From Octopus sinensis (lineage: Eukaryota), in the NCBI RefSeq assembly GCF_006345805.1, contig NW_021833313.1:1-27553 (forward strand): 27,553 nucleotides of DNA, written 5' to 3'. Made by a program: the position numbers and the translations under genes. The notes under the pieces were generated by a model that saw only the letters and a list, made by a program, of their open reading frames with translations, made no database searches and was not told where the DNA came from. This document shows positions 21,582 through 27,553 of the stretch, one piece after another; position 1 is the stretch's first letter; each line of letters opens with the position of its first letter.

Positions 21582-21699
21582 ACTTACGGCACCCAGGTTT
21601 CCCAAGCGCTCACCCATTTAAGTACTAACTGGGGTCGACGTTGCTTAATTTCGGTGACCGGACGAGAATCGGTGCATTCAGCGTGATATGACCGTAAGC
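21582..21699 (-). rRNA. 5S rRNA: Full-length 5S rRNA copy, probably a pseudogene
   Basis: GCTTACGGTCATATCACGCTGAATGCACCGATTCTCGTCCGGTCACCGAAATTAAGCAACGTCGACCCCAGTTAGTACTTAAATGGGTGAGCGCTTGGGAAACCTGGGTGCCGTAAGT; helix I pairs (GCUUACGG/CCGUAAGU), but box C reads TTAAATGGG instead of TTGGATGGG and there is no oligo-T terminator. Confidence 0.93.
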
Positions 21700-21804
21700 A
21701 GAGTTTATATATGTTAAACCCAGGGCAGGTTTGATTAGGCATCCCTCTTTTACACGACTGCTTCTGTTGAATTCAAGAATGAGTTCATCATGGTACGATA
21801 CTCA

Positions 21805-23090
21805 CTCTTTTATGTCAGTATGAACCAGATGGGTGAAATGGTGTACAATAACCGAATTTCTTGAGTATATTCCATAAAATGAGTCTTTGCACTGTGCCAG
21901 ATACTTAATCCAAATAACAGAGGATAAAACTCATCCACCAAAAAAAAAAAAAGGTTCCTGCTATTTCTTCGACTTTTCTTGATGCTGTTTGGCACCGCCA
22001 ATCATATTAGTTGTGCGCCATTGAGAACAAAAAGTCTGTTGAACCGATTCAGGAGTATCTAAGATAAAATCTTATCAGCAGATGATAACAAAAAGATGCC
22101 CCACCCCGCCACTGTAGTTTCCTCAGACAAAACAACTACCTTTCTCAAAGATAGCCACAATGCCGACCTCTTTAAAGTCGCTACGCATAGGTCTTTGTTA
22201 CTATACTTATAGAATCAGGTGGCGAAAGTTGATCCTGAAAAATACTCTTCTCTGCTTGTACTCCTCAGCGGAAATGGAATCAAGACCAGAAGTTTTCTGG
22301 CTACGAATCTGATCGATGGCAGTGACCAGTTCCTTTCGGGATGGGCAATTTGCTAGTAATATCGATTTAGGGAACGTGAGCTTATTAATATAAGAGTCAT
22401 GAGAAGCTATCAGCGGTCAATTCCATTGGTTGCCGAACCGTTACGTCATCTCTGAATATACAACTGTCTTCAGCCTTTATTGGTGTTGGTGCCGCCTTCA
22501 CAACGAATGATTCATAGAACTGAATGGAAGTGAAATCACAATCTTGGAAAACTTTCAATTTCGTTTACTGTCTCATCAGTCGTTTTGGATTCTCTAACTG
22601 GGCATCGCCTTGGAGTTCCTCAAACCAGTCTTGATGCTGTTGACGACAAAAGAACTTCACTACTGATACTTTAGTAGAAAATACTGCGGTTTTCAAGCGA
22701 GAACCATTGGGACCCCTGCGGCGGCTGGGTTTGAGATTCTGGTTTCCGATGATGCTTGTCCACTTATTGCAGACGTTCTCCGCATGGGATGTTGGAATCA
22801 GCCACGGAGAGAAGTTTATCACTGGATAGTTCTGACGTAATTACACGTGACAGGGTGTTGCAGAAACTTGGCTTAACATCGCTATTTGTATCGTCGCCAT
22901 TTGTATATGTCCCAAAATTGAGAAGTTTCATAAAACAAAACTGAGTTTGAACGTCAAATAGGAGAATAAGTTGCCACCTTTGAAGTCAGAGCAGCTCCTC
23001 ATACTTAAGCATAAACGTGTAACCTCATAAATGAAAGCCATGAAACTAGACTTAGGTAATATGACAGGTAAACACGTATCTCTCTCCATT
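21805..23090 (-). mobile_element. Heavily decayed RTE-clade LINE: AP-endonuclease end, linker and N-terminal RT
   Basis: Piecewise translation: ...SFCNTLSRVI...SDKLL, WTSIIG, QHQDWFE, AIDQIRSQKTSGLDSISAEEYK, DFKEVGIVAIFEKG..GNY, ILLNRF, QEK, LWNILKKFG. Confidence 0.8.
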
Positions 23091-23106
23091 GTAGTTGTCC
23101 ATCAAA

Positions 23107-23304
23107 GGCGGCGAGTTGGCAGAAACGGTAGCACGCCGGGCGAAACGCTTAGCAGTATTTCGGCTGCCGCTACGTTCTGAGTTCAAATTCCGCGAAGTCG
23201 ACTTTGCCTTTCATCCTTTCGGGGTTGATTAAGTAAGTACCAGTTAATCGACTGGTCCTCTACCCCCAAATTTCAGGAATTGTGCCTATAGTTGGAAGGA
23301 TTAT
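23107..23304 (+). mobile_element. Full-length SINE family B
   Basis: GGCGGCGAGTTGGCAGAAACGGTAGCACGCCGGGCG head, GAGTTCAAATTCC B box, tgtgcctatagttggaaggattat 3' end. Confidence 0.9.
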
Positions 23305-23409
23305 CGTTGTCCCTCATAAAATTTCAAGATTTTATATAAAAATTACATATGTCATTTATATTGTTATAAGACGAGAATTTTATGTTTTGCTTTCTTGTTT
23401 TTGAAACAC

Positions 23410-23640
23410 CGTTGCAATAAAGTAACAACAAAAACAAAAGTTACTAAATTCCAGGCCACCATTGAAAGACATCGTCTCCGATTGCTGGGACAGGTGTAAA
23501 AAAGGGAAGCCAGGTACGAGAATACCCAAACAGATTCCTGTACTTTGAACTTGAAGATTGTCATCGTTTGAGGAGTGCCCTCTGAAATATTTCTGTGACT
23601 CGATCTGGAAGACCAGAGTATGGTTTCGCATTGCTACCTG
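23410..23640 (+). mobile_element. RTE-clade LINE fragment, post-RT C-terminal region
   Basis: IERHRLRLLGQV ... RIPKQI/LYFELEDCHRLR/PLKYFCDSI across frameshifts, matching the RTE 'RLRWxGHV..R.PKQ.LY.EL..G.R..G.P' pattern. Confidence 0.72.
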
Positions 23641-23939
23641 ACTTCGATGGGGGTGGGAGGGTGGGTGTTACTGAAGATCCTAAGAAGTTGCGGCGAGGTT
23701 GCAGTGAGAGAATGACTGAGGAGTGCAGAGATGGTTCGATGCCAGTAGAGTGAAGGCCAAACATCCACAAAGAAGGGGGTGGGTTGGGGGAACCCGGAAG
23801 TGGATTTTTGAGACAGGAATCAGGACAAAGATCGTTTTCTACAAAAGTTTAGAAAGAAGAAAAAAAAAAGTGAAACATCACTAACAATGATTAGTGAAGA
23901 GAGGATAACCTTGAAAATATCCTCGACTTGGTGGTCATA

Positions 23940-24041
23940 CCAAAGTAGTAGTAGTAGTAGTAGTTGTAGCAGTGGTGGCGGTGGTAGTAGTAGTGGTGGT
24001 CGTGGTGATTGTGGTAATAGCGGCCGTACTGATGGTTGTCA

Positions 24042-24073
<32 letters not shown>

Positions 24074-24154
24074 TACTACTACTACTACTGACTACTACCA
24101 CAACAACAACAACAACAACTACTACTACTACTACCACTGTTATTACTACCACTG

Positions 24155-24190
<36 letters not shown>

Positions 24191-24420
24191 GTAGCATTGG
24201 TGATAGTAGTTGTAGTAGTAATGGTAGCAATCGTAGTCGTGGTAGTAGTAATATCTGCATTAGGGATAGTATCAGTAATAATAGCTACATTAGTAGTAGT
24301 AGTAGTAGCTGCAGTAGTTATGAGGTGTAACAGTGGTACAGTGTAGCAGCGGTAGTAGTAGTAGTAGAAGTAGTAATAACTGCAGTAGTGATAGTATGAA
24401 CATCAGCAACAAGTATGGAA
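23940..24420. repeat. (AGT)n-(ACT)n-(AGT)n trinucleotide array with orientation switches
   Basis: Direct reading. Confidence 0.92.
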
Positions 24421-24423
24421 GGT

Positions 24424-24469
<46 letters not shown>

Positions 24470-24743
24470 GGGAGAAAGAGATATGGGGGAATAAGTAGAG
24501 ATCGATGATTAGCGGATCAGAGAGAGAGAGAGGAAAGAGAGGAGTGGAGAGGGGTAGTGCAGTAGGAAGAAGAAAAGGAAGAAAAAGAACTGAGAGAAAG
24601 AGAGATAGACAGATTGATAGATAGAGAGAGGGAAGGATAGAAAGATAGGTAGGTAGGTAGATAGAGGGAGATAGAAAGAGTGATGGGATAGATAGATAGT
24701 GATAAACAGATAGATAGAGAAATAGATAGATAGATAGATAGAT

Positions 24744-24783
<40 letters not shown>

Positions 24784-24920
24784 AAGGATGCAGTAAAAGA
24801 AATGACAGACGAACAGAAAATAAAGAAGAACGAAAAGGAGAAAATGAGAGTGGAAAGGAGAGAGGAGAGAGTGTGTTAGTTTAATAGAGAATGAGAAAGG
24901 GAGAGAGAAAGAAAGTGAAA

Positions 24921-24963
<43 letters not shown>

Positions 24964-25336
24964 GGAGTGAGAGAGAGAGTGTGAAAGGGTGAAAGGGTGT
25001 GTGTGTATTTGTGTGTGAGAGAGCAAGAATTATTGAGTGACGGCACGTGGAGAGAATTAGAAGAGGAGAGAGAGAGAGAGGAAGGTGAAAGGGAGGGAAG
25101 GAGAGGAGAAGAAGCGATAGAATAAAGGAAAGGAAGAAAGGAAGAGGAGAAGATGGGAGAAGTAGGAAGAGAAAGTGTGAGAGAAGTTAAGATAGATAGG
25201 TAGATAGAGTGACAAAGAGAGAGAGAGAGAGAGAGAGAGTGAGAGAGAGGTAACGATTAGAATGGATAGACAGACAGACATACAGATAGAATAAACTGTT
25301 AGATAGATAGAAAGATAGGCAGATAGGTATAAGATC

Positions 25337-25370
<34 letters not shown>

Positions 25371-25600
25371 CGAAAGAGAAGGCAGAGAGAGAGAGGGAGA
25401 GAGAGGGAGAGACAGAAAGACAGAGGGAGAGAGAGAACAACGGCAGACAACAGTAATAACAGCAAAGAGGAAGAGAAAGACACACAGAGGGAAAGAGAGA
25501 GAGAGAGAGCAAGAGCGAAAGAGGGTGAGAGAGAGAGTGAGAGAGAGAGAGAGAGAGCAAAGAGACTGATAGGGAGAGAGAGAGAGATTCGATAGAGAGA
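24424..25600 (+). repeat. Polypurine (GA)n/(GATA)n/(GACA)n tract
   Basis: Direct reading. Confidence 0.94.
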
Positions 25601-25764
25601 GCGTCCAATGCCAGTGTGTGGAAGCGATTTTGACGGTCAGAACGGTTGCAGTCGGGGTTTTTGCAACCAAGATTTGGTTCCAACATGAAATAGTCTCGGG
25701 ACGGCGTCTCAACATATGGCACCCACCCCACCACGACCACCACCACCACCACCTTTCAATTCAT

Positions 25765-25890
25765 TCTTCTTCTTCTTCTTCTTCTCTTCTTCTTCTTCCT
25801 ATTCTGATTTCTTCTTCTTCTTCTTCTTCTTCTTCTTCTTCTTCTTCTTCTTCTTCTTCTTCTTCTTCTTCTTCTTCTTCTTCTTCTTCG
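25765..25890. repeat. (TCT)n microsatellite
   Basis: Direct reading. Confidence 0.96.
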
Positions 25891-26379
25891 GCCAAAAAAC
25901 CCCAAAACAAAACAAAGACAAAACCAAAAAGAAAAGAAAAGAAAAACAAACAAACAAGCAAAAAAAGAAACGCGAAAAATATCTGAATGAACTAAAACTG
26001 GATGTTTAAAACTGGACTAGTACTACTATCACCGCTACTACTGCAACGACCACCACTGCAACTACTACAACCTATACTGTTTTTCTTTATTTCTTTCCCG
26101 TCGTGCAACAAAGACACACAAAACAACAACAAACATAGGTACCCAAAGAAGGTAGTACTACTACAACACAACCACAACAAGTAGTCAACCACCCAGTATG
26201 TACTATTGCATAAGCAACAGCCTAGAGTAGCTACAGACAGTATTACGTTCAACTGTAGCCACAACCACCACAAACACCGCTACAAACACCACCTCGACAG
26301 AAACCGATACAGTTACTAAAATCACTGCTACACACACACACACACACACAACACACACACACACACACACAATACTACG

Positions 26380-26610
26380 ACATGTATTATAGACAAAGAG
26401 ACAGACACTGACTACTAGAGCCGCTACTGCAAACATCACTAAACGACGCTAGAAGCTGTACTATAGACAGTTTACGCAGACACCGCAAACTACTATAGCC
26501 GCTACTACAAACATCGGAACGACGTGTACTATAGACAGAAAATACAGACACACAGACACCGCACCGCAAACTACTATAGCCGCTACTACAAAACAACGCT
26601 ATCGACACAA
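26380..26610. repeat. Three imperfect ~80 bp tandem units (actactatagccgctactacaaacatc...gtactatagacag...)
   Basis: Unit anchors at about 26411, 26489 and 26570. Confidence 0.75.
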
Positions 26611-27139
26611 CTACTACCACAACCACCACACCTACCAACACCAGCACAACAAACATCACACCGCGATTAATACACGCACCGCAACCGATAGAATAGCACC
26701 AACCCCTAAATTGTACCACTAGCGCGTCCTACACTACGACTACTACCGCCAATACAACATCTATTACTGGTAATACTACAACAACAACAACAACAACACC
26801 AGCAGTGATATAACCACATATACAACTGCCAATACTATCCCCCCCTACTGACAGACAACACTGCTTGTTAAAACTATAACTGATAGCGTGACAACAACCA
26901 CCGCAACACTACGGGCAATACTGCTATAACTACTTACACAGCCACTCATACTACTGCCCAAACCACTACAGTAACCACCACACTACAACAGCCCACACAC
27001 GCCGACCGCACACACTTACATTCATACATACATCAAAAGACGACGCGAGTCGCTGCGGTGTCCACTCTCCGCTGTCCGCTGTGGTCATCGCCAAGGGCAA
27101 CTATTTACAACCGCCAACATTAACTAACTCACTAACTAC

Positions 27140-27143
27140 TCTA

Positions 27144-27201
<58 letters not shown>

Positions 27202-27240
27202 GCTACTGCTACTGCTACAGCAACGGCAACAACAACAACA
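27140..27240. repeat. (TAC)n-(TGCTAC)-(AAC)n microsatellite
   Basis: Direct reading. Confidence 0.94.
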
Positions 27241-27354
27241 CGGGTTACGGAGCGGAGCACAAAACTAAAGCTGTAAGTTGTCCAGTCTTTTTCTCTTCTT
27301 CGTGTGTGTCTGTGTATCCAGCGTATGTGCCCGTGGGTGCGTGTGCGGGTCCGT

Positions 27355-27496
27355 AGTGTGTGTGTGTATGTGTGTTTGTAGTGTGTGTATGTATGTATGT
27401 ATATATATATATATAGATATATATGTGTGTGTGTGTGTGCGGGTCCGTAGTGGTGTCTATGTATATCTATATATATATATATATATGATAGTATAT

Positions 27497-27547
<51 letters not shown>

Positions 27548-27553
27548 GTGTGG
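27355..27553. repeat. (TG)/(TA) microsatellites
   Basis: Direct reading. Confidence 0.93.

Noticed and set aside
25600-25700. KIWFQ (homeobox-like) and PVCGSD (Kazal-like) peptides
   Set aside because: Only 5-6 residue matches; the following diagnostic residues (NRR; GxTYxNxC) are absent and there is no splice acceptor context.

Overview
Eukaryotic, repeat-saturated intronic or intergenic DNA. The microsatellite load and SINE families point to an Octopus (cephalopod) genome, which is my recognition from sequence and not a database result. I find no supported host protein-coding exon, and almost all listed ORFs are translations of (CA/TA/TATG/GATA/GCA/GTA)n repeats. The window holds a decayed Penelope-like retroelement (RT + GIY-YIG endonuclease + terminal repeat), a decayed mariner with both TIRs, RTE and R4/Dong LINE fragments, a probable Chapaev-like transposase remnant, a piggyBac-type MITE, three tRNA-derived SINE families (12 copies or fragments) and a full-length 5S rRNA copy fused head-to-tail to a SINE. 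The most notable signal is a set of minimal type I hammerhead ribozyme motifs with palindromic stem III in Penelope-type termini. One (16493-16543, minus) has a complete fold with the core C3-G8 pair swapped to G3-C8. One has A6U, and one has lost a core A.
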